From Candidatus Electrothrix yaqonensis (GTDB lineage Bacteria; Desulfobacterota; Desulfobulbia; Desulfobulbales; Desulfobulbaceae): a stretch of 32,000 nucleotides of DNA. The stretch covers positions 1,980,001 through 2,012,000 of the forward strand of contig CP178758.1 in assembly GCA_047651235.1 (NCBI GenBank), given 5' to 3'. The notes under the pieces are model-generated. The model saw only the letters and a program-made list of their open reading frames with translations, was not told where the DNA came from and ran no database searches. Positions 19,157-27,902 of the stretch are shown here, piece by piece. How positions within the stretch are numbered: position 1 is the first letter of the stretch; the number at the start of each line of letters is the position of its first letter. The position numbers and the translations under genes are program-made.

Positions 19157-19218
19157 TTCAGGCGAATCTTTCTTTTTTACGTACCGTTATTCCGATAACT
19201 TATACCGGATACCGAATC

Positions 19219-19644
19219 TCAGTCCAGGACAGTAATACCGCAGCTCCGGGCCGTTCCTTCAACGATCCTCATGGCCTGGTCAAGACCATAGGCATTCAGA
19301 TCAGGCATCTTTATCTCAGCTATTTCCCGGATCTTCTCTTTGCTGATCTCGGCCACGCGGTCCCGCTTGGGATTACTGGACCCCTTCTGCAGACCAGCTG
19401 CTTTAAACAGCAGAACAGACGCCGGGGGAGTCTTGGTCACAAAACTGAACGACCGGTCATTATACACCGTAATCACAACCGGAATAATCGTATCACCTTC
19501 TGATTGCGTCTTAGCGTTAAAAGCCTTACAGAAATCCATTATATTAACGCCGTGCTGGCCGAGAGCCGGCCCGACAGGCGGTGATGGATTGGCTTTTCCA
19601 GCCGGTATCTGCAGTTTTATATATGATTGTATTTTCTTTGCCAT
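19219..19644 (-). CDS. rplK: 50S ribosomal protein L11 (uL11)
   Basis: 141-aa ORF starting [36 protein letters not shown], the canonical uL11 N-terminal domain. Confidence 0.97.
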   Translation of the reverse strand: MAKKIQSYIKLQIPAGKANPSPPVGPALGQHGVNIMDFCKAFNAKTQSEGDTIIPVVITVYNDRSFSFVTKTPPASVLLFKAAGLQKGSSNPKRDRVAEISKEKIREIAEIKMPDLNAYGLDQAMRIVEGTARSCGITVLD

Positions 19645-19663
19645 TATTCAGTCTCTTTTGCTT

Positions 19664-20230
19664 TTATGTATTACTCACCTGCATATATTCAAGTTCCACA
19701 GGAGTCGAACGACCGAAAATCGAAACCATCACCCGCACCCGCCCTTTATCCGGGAAGACCTCATCAACCGTTGCCTCAAAATTGGCAAACGGTCCGTCAG
19801 TAACGCGGACGACATCTCCGATTTCAAAAATAACCTTCGGAATCGGTTTTTCAGCCCCTTCCTCAATGCGCATGATGATCTTATCTGCTTCCTGATCACT
19901 CAGCGCCGGAACCAGCTTGTACACTTCTCTACCGGCCGCAGCTCCCTGACCGGCATTTACCCCGACAAAGCCGGTTACCCGCTGCGTTTCGACAACCGTA
20001 TGCCAAGTGTATTCATTCATCTCCATCTGCACCAAAATATAGCCCGGAAAAAATTTCCTTTCCGAGGTTTTGCGCTCCCCCTTGACCATCTCGACCACCT
20101 GTTCAGTGGGCACCAGAATGTCACTGAAGAATTCTTCCTGTCCGGCCTGCCGGATATTATCCTCAAGCGTGGCCTTGACTTTGGCTTCAAAACCGGTATG
20201 CGTATGAACGATGTACCACTTCTTTTCCAT
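19664..20230 (-). CDS. nusG: Transcription termination/antitermination factor NusG
   Basis: 188-aa ORF with an NGN domain ([15 protein letters not shown]) and a KOW motif ([21 protein letters not shown]). It lies in secE-nusG-rplK synteny. Confidence 0.96.
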   Translation of the reverse strand: MEKKWYIVHTHTGFEAKVKATLEDNIRQAGQEEFFSDILVPTEQVVEMVKGERKTSERKFFPGYILVQMEMNEYTWHTVVETQRVTGFVGVNAGQGAAAGREVYKLVPALSDQEADKIIMRIEEGAEKPIPKVIFEIGDVVRVTDGPFANFEATVDEVFPDKGRVRVMVSIFGRSTPVELEYMQVSNT

Positions 20231-20236
20231 AACACC

Positions 20237-20488
20237 CTACCGGAGAATCAGTCCAACCAGCTTACCGAGAACAAAGTCAACTGCCCCCAGATACACCGAC
20301 AGCACGACAGTCAACAGGACAACAAAACCTGACAGTCCCAAGGTCACCTTACGGTCAGGCCATACAATTTTCTTAAATTCAGCAACTACTTCGTGATAAA
20401 ACTGCCGAATACGGGCCGGAGACAGAGAATGCATCCCGCTTTCCGCAGGACTTGTTTTGCCGCTATTTTTGCTTTTTTTATTCGCCAT
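20237..20488 (-). CDS. secE: Preprotein translocase subunit SecE
   Basis: 83-aa ORF with a basic N-terminus, a conserved EVVAEFKKIVWPDRK segment and a single C-terminal TM helix. It sits immediately upstream of nusG. Confidence 0.9.
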   Translation of the reverse strand: MANKKSKNSGKTSPAESGMHSLSPARIRQFYHEVVAEFKKIVWPDRKVTLGLSGFVVLLTVVLSVYLGAVDFVLGKLVGLILR

Positions 20489-20524
20489 ACTCCCAACACC
20501 CGGCAGAAATCACGATATCGCACA

Positions 20525-20601
20525 TGGCAGGCCAGGAGGGACTCGAACCCCCAGCCCTCGGATTTGGAGTCCGATGCTCTACCAATTAGAGCTACTGGCC
20601 T
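20525..20601 (-). tRNA. tRNA-Trp (anticodon CCA)
   Basis: I folded a 77-nt cloverleaf by hand. Acceptor AGGCCAG/CTGGCCT, D stem GCTC/GAGC, anticodon stem TCGGA/TCCGA with loop CUCCAAA, T arm GGGGG-TTCGAGT-CCCTC, and an encoded CCA. Confidence 0.9.
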
Positions 20602-20630
20602 GCGCTTTCCGGCTGCATCCGCATCCGGTC

Positions 20631-20780
20631 CTACTTTGTCTCTTTATGTACCTTATGCGACCTGCAGAAAGGACAATATTTTTTCAGCTCCAGCTTATGC
20701 GGAACTGTCCGCTTATTCTTTGTGGTCGTATAATTTCTCTGCCTGCACTCGGTACAGGCAAGGGTAATAATATCTCGCAT
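20631..20780 (-). CDS. rpmG: 50S ribosomal protein L33 (bL33)
   Basis: This 49-aa ORF is below the ORF-track cutoff. It reads [49 protein letters not shown], with a CxxC...CxxC zinc ribbon typical of bL33. It sits between tufB and tRNA-Trp/secE. Confidence 0.9.
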   Translation of the reverse strand: MRDIITLACTECRQRNYTTTKNKRTVPHKLELKKYCPFCRSHKVHKETK

Positions 20781-20887
20781 CCTGCAACCCCTGATATATA
20801 GACTCCGATCGACCTGACGGCCGGACCGGAGTTGTATTCACCAGTTCAGCATTCTGTCTGCAGCAGAACCGCAGCAGCTACAACTGA

Positions 20888-22078
<1,191 letters not shown>

Positions 22079-22142
22079 TACTCTGTCTCCCCGACAATTT
22101 TTCTCCCAACTACCGACCCGTCAGCAAAAGCATCGGCAAACC

Positions 22143-22217
22143 TGGAGCCCACGACCGGGCTTGAACCGGTGACTTCCTCCTTACCAAGGAGGTACTCTAC
22201 CGCTGAGTTACGTGGGC
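22143..22217 (-). tRNA. tRNA-Thr (anticodon GGU)
   Basis: 75-nt cloverleaf. Acceptor GCCCACG/CGTGGGC, anticodon stem CCTCC/GGAGG with loop UUGGUAA, T arm ACCGG-TTCAAGC-CCGGT, and an encoded CCA. Confidence 0.9.
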
Positions 22218-22249
22218 ACCGAAAAGCTTCCTTCTTATTACACACTATA

Positions 22250-22325
22250 TGGAGCGGGAAACGAGACTCGAACTCGCAACCCTCAGCTTGGAAGGCTGAT
22301 GCTCTACCAATTGAGCTATTCCCGC
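22250..22325 (-). tRNA. tRNA-Gly (anticodon UCC)
   Basis: 76-nt cloverleaf. Acceptor GCGGGAA/TTCCCGC, anticodon stem TCAGC/GCTGA with loop CUUCCAA, T arm GCGAG-TTCGAGT-CTCGT, and an encoded CCA. Confidence 0.9.
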
Positions 22326-22382
22326 CCGCAAAAAACAAAGAACAGGCAGCACAACTCAACCGATGCGTCTGCCTGTAAAATT

Positions 22383-22467
22383 TGGTGGAGGGGGGAGGAT
22401 TCGAACCTCCGAAGGCGCCGCCGACAGATTTACAGTCTGTTCCCTTTGACCGCTCGGGAACCCCTCC
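22383..22467 (-). tRNA. tRNA-Tyr (anticodon GUA), long variable arm
   Basis: 85 nt. Acceptor GGAGGGG/CCCCTCC, anticodon stem ACAGA/TCTGT with loop CUGUAAA, a long variable arm, T arm GGAGG-TTCGAAT-CCTCC, and an encoded CCA. Confidence 0.9.
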
Positions 22468-22544
22468 ATACTATGAAAAGCAAGGGACAAAAGCTGTACT
22501 TACCTGCAGCTTCTCTCCGTTGCCTTTCCTTTCCGAACCAGCAC

Positions 22545-22620
<76 letters not shown>

Positions 22621-22632
22621 CTGAGCTGCGGA

Positions 22633-22660
22633 ATTATACTTTGTAAAATTTAAAAGTCAA
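22633..22660 (-). promoter_or_regulatory. Candidate strong promoter of the tRNA-tufB operon
   Basis: The minus strand reads TTGACT (22660-22655), a 16-nt spacer, then a perfect TATAAT (22638-22633). An A/T-rich UP-like tract lies upstream (GATATTTTTTGTACAGAAAAAAGG). A GC-rich discriminator (TCCGCAGC) follows the -10. The first tRNA starts about 12 nt after the -10. Confidence 0.55.
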
Positions 22661-22674
22661 CCTTTTTTCTGTAC

Positions 22675-22723
22675 AAAAAATATCTCGGACCGGAAACAGC
22701 AAGAAACAGCACTGTATCCGGCC
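22675..22723 (-). terminator. Weak terminator candidate downstream of qmoC
   Basis: The minus strand reads GGCCGGA...(inner ACAG/CUGU)...UCCGG(U)CC, followed by GAGAUA and then U6 (22680-22675). The 6-nt gap between stem and U-run is non-canonical. Confidence 0.3.
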
Positions 22724-22778
22724 TGAGATGCAGTCGAAATTCTGCAGCATGCAATATTGCAACAGTTACAACAACTGT

Positions 22779-23996
22779 TCACTTGCCTCCGTTGCCGTTC
22801 ACGGGATTTTTCACATAGGCGGAATCACGATACCGCTCAAAGGTCATGGCGCATGTCCTGTAGACCAGATGAGCAAATTTCGTGTACGGCATATAGAGAA
22901 AAAGCATCATAACGGAAACCAAGTGCAGGTAGTAGACCAGATAACCGGGTTTGGGGAGGGCGAAAATCCGCAGCAGTTCCGCCCCCAGCCCGGTCACGCC
23001 GACCCCGGCGATCATCCAGATAAGAAACCAGTCATAAAAGGTGGCTCCAGCCTGACCTCTCTCCTCCATGTCGCTGCGGTTACGCCACAGAATAAAGATC
23101 CCGTAAATCATTGCCACCGCTGCAACATTGGCAATCCATTTAATCGGATTCCGCAAGTCCATCGGCCCGTGGAGTTCCGGCCAGATAAGCCCGAGAATAT
23201 CCTGAGAAAAGAAAGAATATCCGGTAACCAGAAAAAGTCCGATAAAAGCCCACATCAGCGGCTGGTGCCCCTTTACCCGGTCCTTGTTGGTCTCGCATTT
23301 TTTAAACCGCTCATGCTGAACAATCTCGACAACTGAAGGCCAGAGAAATTCCTTGATAAACTGATTGGGCGACGGCCGATACAGAGCTTCTCCAACGCCG
23401 GTATTCTCCACCATTTTTTTCCACATGGCAGTAATGCCCTTAAACACGGCAAAGGCAGCCAGACCTGCAGTGGGAATCATGAACAGATCGATAAAGAACA
23501 CATTTTTGGTCATCCCCCAAAAATCCCAGTGCCCGAAAAAGTGACTGTAGCCGAGATGAAAAAACTCCTCTGCAGGCGGCACATGCGAGCCGGAAATCAG
23601 CCACATCACAAAAATAATTAAGGCAGGAATACCGACTAGGATCGGCAGGTTCTTTCCTGAACTGGCCAGCTTGGCCAGTCCTGCAGGCCAGCCGAAATAT
23701 TTATAGGAATACGCCCGGATCGCCCCCATCACATCGCCGGGTTTGGCGCCACGCGGACAATAGGCGGTACAGTCGCCGCACTGGTGGCAGAGCAGCACAT
23801 TGGGATCGCCGATCAGTTTCTCCTTCAGTCCCCACTGCGAAAAAATCATCTGCTGCCGGGGAAAGGGATCTTCATCAGTGGAAAGAGGGCAGACCACCGA
23901 GCAGGTAGCACACTGGAAGCATTTTTTCAGCGTGTCACCGCCTGCCTCCTTCATATCTTTGATAAAATCAATATCAGGTTGTACGTTCACAGACAT
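22779..23996 (-). CDS. qmoC: Quinone-interacting membrane-bound oxidoreductase subunit QmoC (FeS plus membrane cytochrome b-like domain)
   Basis: Two ferredoxin-type motifs (CFQCATCSVVCP and CHQCGDCTAYCP) are followed by multiple hydrophobic helices. It lies directly downstream of qmoA and qmoB. I moved the start from the track's TTG (24029) to ATG 23996, which has AGGAGG 5 nt upstream. This gives 405 aa. Confidence 0.9.
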   Translation of the reverse strand: MSVNVQPDIDFIKDMKEAGGDTLKKCFQCATCSVVCPLSTDEDPFPRQQMIFSQWGLKEKLIGDPNVLLCHQCGDCTAYCPRGAKPGDVMGAIRAYSYKYFGWPAGLAKLASSGKNLPILVGIPALIIFVMWLISGSHVPPAEEFFHLGYSHFFGHWDFWGMTKNVFFIDLFMIPTAGLAAFAVFKGITAMWKKMVENTGVGEALYRPSPNQFIKEFLWPSVVEIVQHERFKKCETNKDRVKGHQPLMWAFIGLFLVTGYSFFSQDILGLIWPELHGPMDLRNPIKWIANVAAVAMIYGIFILWRNRSDMEERGQAGATFYDWFLIWMIAGVGVTGLGAELLRIFALPKPGYLVYYLHLVSVMMLFLYMPYTKFAHLVYRTCAMTFERYRDSAYVKNPVNGNGGK

Positions 23997-24059
23997 TTTT
24001 TCCTCCTGTCCTGAAAACTCTTTTTTCAAGATGCCGAAACGGATGATTCATAAACACAG

Positions 24060-24099
24060 AACCGCGCCTGGCCCGGATTCGGGCTGAACAGGCACGGTT
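24060..24099 (-). promoter_or_regulatory. Composite 16-bp stem-loop in the qmoB-qmoC intercistronic gap
   Basis: The minus strand reads AACCGUGCCUG-UUCA-GCCCG-AAUC-CGGGC-CAGGCGCGGUU. This is an 11-bp outer helix (one G.U) and a 5-bp inner helix. It is followed by the moderately U-rich CUGUGUUUAUG. Confidence 0.4.
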
Positions 24100-24118
24100 T
24101 CGACAGCAACAGAGAGGT

Positions 24119-26368
24119 TCAGAAGCCCTTGAACGGGTTCGGCCCCATCTCAATAACCGACTCAACAAACTCGTCAATGATTCCGGGAATCTTATCGTAG
24201 TCAGAGATGGCCACCTGCTCGACACCACAGCGTTCCGGCTCAAGCCCCAAGGTACCCAGGGTCTCGCCGATATTTTCCATCCGCTTGGTGGCGATCTCGG
24301 ATCCCTTGACAAAGTGGCACTGGTAGTTATCACCGTAGCGGCAGCCGAGGAGGAGCACGCCGTCCATACCGGAGGACATGGCATCCTTGATCCAGACCAT
24401 ATTCACGGAACCGAGACAGCGCACCGGAATAAAACGGACTAGGGTGTTCATCTTGTTATGCCGCATACCGGACATATCAATGGCCGGGTAGGCATCATTC
24501 TCACAGACAAAAACCGCGATGCGCAGCTTGTCCTCGTCATCATCCGGTACCTCAATGGCTTTAACCATAGAGCCGATCATATCAATACTGTAGTCGGCAA
24601 ACCCGATGATCCGTTCAGGACAGGCACCCATACAGGTACCGCAGCGGCGGCAGCGGGTCGGATTGGGCAGCGGCGTGCCTTTGGCATCGTCGTCCAGGGC
24701 ACCGAACGGACATTCCTCTGTACAGCGCTTACACTGGGTACAACGCTGGAAAAAGAAGTCCGGATAGGTCAGATCACCGGAACGGGGATGCACAGCCACC
24801 CCACGGTCAGCGGATTCAATACACTGAATCGCCTTCAGCGCAGCACCGGTGGCATCATCAATGGTCTCTTCCATGGTTTCCGCCTTGCGCACACCGCCGC
24901 AGGTGTAGATACCTGTGCGGCGGGTTTCGTAGGGGAAACAGATGAAGTGAGAGTCTGCATAGCCGTCAAAGAGATCCAGATCCAGGAAGGCCGGGCCCTG
25001 ACGATACGCGAGATTGATGGTCGGATCGTCCAAGGTGGTGGGTACCATACCGGCAGCCAGGACAACCATATCCACCTCAAGCTCCAGATTGTCGCCCAGC
25101 AGGGTATCTTCGGCCGTGACTTTCAGGCCGCTGCCGCTCTCCTCTACTTTGGTGACTGCCGCCTTGGTCATGAACATCCCTTCCCGCTGCTGCATACCTT
25201 TATAGAACAGCTCGGTGTTGCCGGGGGTACGCATATGCTGGTACAGGATGTATGCCTGACCGTTCTCGTTATCGTCACAGACGTACTGGGCCTGCTTCAG
25301 CGTGACCATAGAGGTGACCGAGTTGCAGTAGGGAAAATCCCGGTCATGCTCCTTGCCGCCCGGACTCTGGACAAAAGCAACCTTGGCCGGTACTTTGCCC
25401 TGCTTGGCCAGTTTTTCAAACTCGGCATTGGTCACCACATTATTCAGGGTGCCATAGCCCAGATGCTCATATTCAGAGACATCAGCAGGGTTCCAGCCAG
25501 TGGCCAGGACAACTGCGCCGTACAGCTCCGCATCCGGATTGGCTTCGGTATAGACCTTCAGACCAGTATTGGGGTCTTCCATTTCCCCTTTTTCGATCTT
25601 ATCCCGTTCGTCAACACCGACCTTTTCCGGTGCATCCCACTCGCTCTCGGTTCCGGCAGCCTTCAGGGTCACCAGGAATTCACCCGGAGCCCCGCTGATA
25701 CGGGCCACCTCGGTTTCCGTCTGAATGCTGATCTTGTCGTTGCTGGTGACTTCGGCAATCATCTGCTCAATATTCGGTTCCTCCAGCTTGCAGTACGGAT
25801 AGGAAGTCGGAAACATCTTACGCCAGCCCAGGGCCTTACCGCCGATTCTGTCGGTTTTTTCCACGACAGTCACTTCGTAGCCAGCCTTGGCCGCCTCAGT
25901 GGCAGCTGTCAAACCAGCAATACCGCCGCCCATAACCAGAATCTTTTTCGTGATCTGTTCCAGCTGATACGGCTCCGGCAGTTCACTTTTCTGCGCACGG
26001 GTCACGGCCATGCGAACATAGTCCTCGCCCACTTCCTGTAGATACTCGGCAGCCTCTTCATCCTCTTCATCAGGCTGCGCAGTCCAGGCCACATGCTCAC
26101 GCAGGTTGCCGCGAATAGTGATCGTGCCGTCACCGTAATCAAAGGTATCCTGCATCACCCTGAACGAACAGGCACAGACAACCACGGTGTTGACGCCTTT
26201 TTCTTCAATATCCTTTTTGATCAGGGCCTGCCCTTCTTCTCCGCAGAGACAGGCATGATCCTGCATTTCCATACCGGTCTCGGACGCAGCCTCCTTCAGA
26301 CCGTCAACATCAAGAACATTGCCGATACTGCACCCTGTGCAGAGATACGCACCATATACTTTATCCAT
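24119..26368 (-). CDS. qmoB: QmoB (HdrA-like FAD/FeS subunit with C-terminal MvhD-like domain)
   Basis: 749-aa ORF with a Rossmann GGGIAGLTAA motif and ferredoxin motifs CTQCKRCTEECP and CRRCGTCMGACP. Its C-terminal MvhD/FlpD-like region reads VFVCENDAYP...LLLGCRYGDNYQCHF. It sits between qmoA and qmoC. Confidence 0.93.
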   Translation of the reverse strand: MDKVYGAYLCTGCSIGNVLDVDGLKEAASETGMEMQDHACLCGEEGQALIKKDIEEKGVNTVVVCACSFRVMQDTFDYGDGTITIRGNLREHVAWTAQPDEEDEEAAEYLQEVGEDYVRMAVTRAQKSELPEPYQLEQITKKILVMGGGIAGLTAATEAAKAGYEVTVVEKTDRIGGKALGWRKMFPTSYPYCKLEEPNIEQMIAEVTSNDKISIQTETEVARISGAPGEFLVTLKAAGTESEWDAPEKVGVDERDKIEKGEMEDPNTGLKVYTEANPDAELYGAVVLATGWNPADVSEYEHLGYGTLNNVVTNAEFEKLAKQGKVPAKVAFVQSPGGKEHDRDFPYCNSVTSMVTLKQAQYVCDDNENGQAYILYQHMRTPGNTELFYKGMQQREGMFMTKAAVTKVEESGSGLKVTAEDTLLGDNLELEVDMVVLAAGMVPTTLDDPTINLAYRQGPAFLDLDLFDGYADSHFICFPYETRRTGIYTCGGVRKAETMEETIDDATGAALKAIQCIESADRGVAVHPRSGDLTYPDFFFQRCTQCKRCTEECPFGALDDDAKGTPLPNPTRCRRCGTCMGACPERIIGFADYSIDMIGSMVKAIEVPDDDEDKLRIAVFVCENDAYPAIDMSGMRHNKMNTLVRFIPVRCLGSVNMVWIKDAMSSGMDGVLLLGCRYGDNYQCHFVKGSEIATKRMENIGETLGTLGLEPERCGVEQVAISDYDKIPGIIDEFVESVIEMGPNPFKGF

Positions 26369-26377
26369 GATTTCCTC

Positions 26378-27631
26378 CTACTGTGCGTTCTGAATTGCTT
26401 TAAGGGCTGCGGCAGTGGCAGACTGCGCACAGGTGTACACATCGGCTGCGGATTTGGCGCAACCGGCGGCGATCATTCCTTTGTCCGGTTCGGAAACGAC
26501 AAAACCGTTGCCGTCCATGTTCAGACCGAGGGCCTTGCCCTGCTCACCGAGTGCGGGCTGCATTCCTGTGGCCAGGACACACATATCCACTTTCTGATGC
26601 ACCTTGCCGCCACCGACTGCATTCTCAGCCACCACGGTGACACCGCCGTCATCCTCGGCAATAATATCTGCAACCTTGCCTTTAATGAACTGAGCCTTTT
26701 CATCCGTCCTGAGCTTCTCGCGGAAATGCTCGTACTTGCCCGGTGTCCGCAGATCAATATAAAAAACATAGATCTGCGCATCAGGATAGCGCTCGCGCAC
26801 ATAGGTCATCTGCTTGAAAGTAGCCATGCAGCAGATATAGGAGCAGTATTCCAGATGATTTTCATCACGGGAACCTGCGCACTGAACAAAGGCGATGGAC
26901 TCGATCTCCTTCTCGTCACCCGGACGGAGGATTTTACCGCCGGTCGGGCCGTTGGGCGCCGCCATCCGCTCCATCATCATATTGGTGATAATGGCAGAAG
27001 AGGAGTTCGGCTTCAGGTTATCCAGCTTACCTGCGTCATAGGGATTCCAGCCGGTCGCCCAAACGATAGAACTTACATTCAATGTGAAGGTTTCAGCTGC
27101 CATCTCAGTATCAACGGCATTATATTTACAAGCTCCTTTGATTGCCTCCAGACAGTCTGCAGAGCAGGCATTCTTTTCCAGCACGTAACGGCGGGGGAAC
27201 GCCATTTCGTGGGGCAGATAGATTGCCTTACGCCTGTTCATGCCGAAGTTGAAGCTGTTCTCCACCTCATCCGTACATGCCTCAGCGCAGTCGCCGCAGG
27301 CAGTGCAGTTGGAGTTGACGTAACGGGGCGCTGTTTCCAGAGTTACTTCATAATTGCCCGGACCGCCGGAAACCGACTTGACCGTGGTCATGGTGTACGT
27401 TCTGATCCTGCGGTTGTTCTTTATGCGCTTGAAGTTGATCTCCAGACCGCAGGTGGGGGGACAAAGTTTCGGGAAGTACTGATTCAGCTGGGCCACCCGA
27501 CCGCCGAAGTAGGGATTTTTTTCAATGATAAAGACATCATTTCCTACTTCTGCAGCTTCGAGCGCAGCGGTCAGACCGCTGATACCGCCGCCGACAATCA
27601 GCACCGCACCAGTTTTTGCAGCATCACTCAT
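26378..27631 (-). CDS. qmoA: QmoA (HdrA-like flavoprotein subunit)
   Basis: 417-aa ORF with an N-terminal FAD fold (VGGGISGLTAALEAA) and an HdrA-like sequence. GGAGGA lies 5 nt upstream of the ATG. It sits directly downstream of aprBA, as in the canonical aprBA-qmoABC cluster. Confidence 0.93.
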   Translation of the reverse strand: MSDAAKTGAVLIVGGGISGLTAALEAAEVGNDVFIIEKNPYFGGRVAQLNQYFPKLCPPTCGLEINFKRIKNNRRIRTYTMTTVKSVSGGPGNYEVTLETAPRYVNSNCTACGDCAEACTDEVENSFNFGMNRRKAIYLPHEMAFPRRYVLEKNACSADCLEAIKGACKYNAVDTEMAAETFTLNVSSIVWATGWNPYDAGKLDNLKPNSSSAIITNMMMERMAAPNGPTGGKILRPGDEKEIESIAFVQCAGSRDENHLEYCSYICCMATFKQMTYVRERYPDAQIYVFYIDLRTPGKYEHFREKLRTDEKAQFIKGKVADIIAEDDGGVTVVAENAVGGGKVHQKVDMCVLATGMQPALGEQGKALGLNMDGNGFVVSEPDKGMIAAGCAKSAADVYTCAQSATAAALKAIQNAQ

Positions 27632-27658
27632 GCCAATCCTCCATAAAAACTGCTGGTA

Positions 27659-27686
27659 TTGATATAATTGGTTATTTCTGGTTCAA
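27659..27686 (-). promoter_or_regulatory. Possible internal promoter for qmoABC
   Basis: The minus strand reads TTGAAC (27686-27681), a 16-nt spacer, then TATCAA (27664-27659). It ends 27 nt upstream of the qmoA ATG, so any leader would be very short. Moderate match, found by eye only. Confidence 0.3.
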
Positions 27687-27765
27687 ATGAACAGCATGAC
27701 GAGCATTATGGACAATATGCTGCCCACTTCAAACAGAAAGAACCATTGTTTCCTGTCCTCTGGAC

Positions 27766-27804
27766 ATAAAAATCTCCAGACCTCGTAAACGGAGCCTGGA
27801 GATT
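27766..27804 (-). terminator. Intrinsic-terminator-like hairpin between aprA and qmoA
   Basis: The minus strand reads (G)AAUCUCCAG-G-CUC-CGUUUAC-GAG-GU-CUGGAGAUU followed by UUUAU. This is a 9-bp outer stem plus a 3-bp inner stem. The run of 5 U includes the last two stem bases. Confidence 0.45.
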
Positions 27805-27850
27805 CAATCTGACGGTGACGGTTAAACTGTACAGCTAATACGCAGCTTAA

Positions 27851-27880
27851 CCGGGCAGAAGAAAAAGCTTCCTCCGCCCG
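27851..27880 (-). promoter_or_regulatory. GC-rich 3' hairpin just after the aprA stop (mRNA stabiliser or processing-site candidate)
   Basis: The minus strand reads CGGGCGGAGG-AAGCUUUUU-CUUCUGCCCG, a 10-bp stem (two G.U pairs). No U-tract follows. It begins about 22 nt after the aprA stop. Confidence 0.35.
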
Positions 27881-27902
27881 TCATATTACCGCCCCTGTAT
27901 CC

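Noticed and set aside
20781-20887. Small hairpins in the 107-nt tufB-rpmG spacer, e.g. ACUCCG...CGGAGU.
   Set aside because: The stems are short, there is no U-tract or promoter-like hexamers, and nothing separates them from background structure.
24458-27646. 527-aa and 517-aa plus-strand ORFs antisense to qmoB and qmoA. Also 285-aa and 208-aa ORFs antisense to aprA (28080-29618).
   Set aside because: Same reasoning: these are shadow ORFs opposite well-supported genes, with no motifs or translation signals.
27683-27727. 14-codon hydrophobic micro-ORF (GTG start, (M)GSILSIMLVMLFI) on the minus strand between aprA and qmoA.
   Set aside because: It is too short to support, has no SD upstream of the GTG, and overlaps the candidate qmo -35. 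It cannot be distinguished from chance without ribosome profiling or conservation data.
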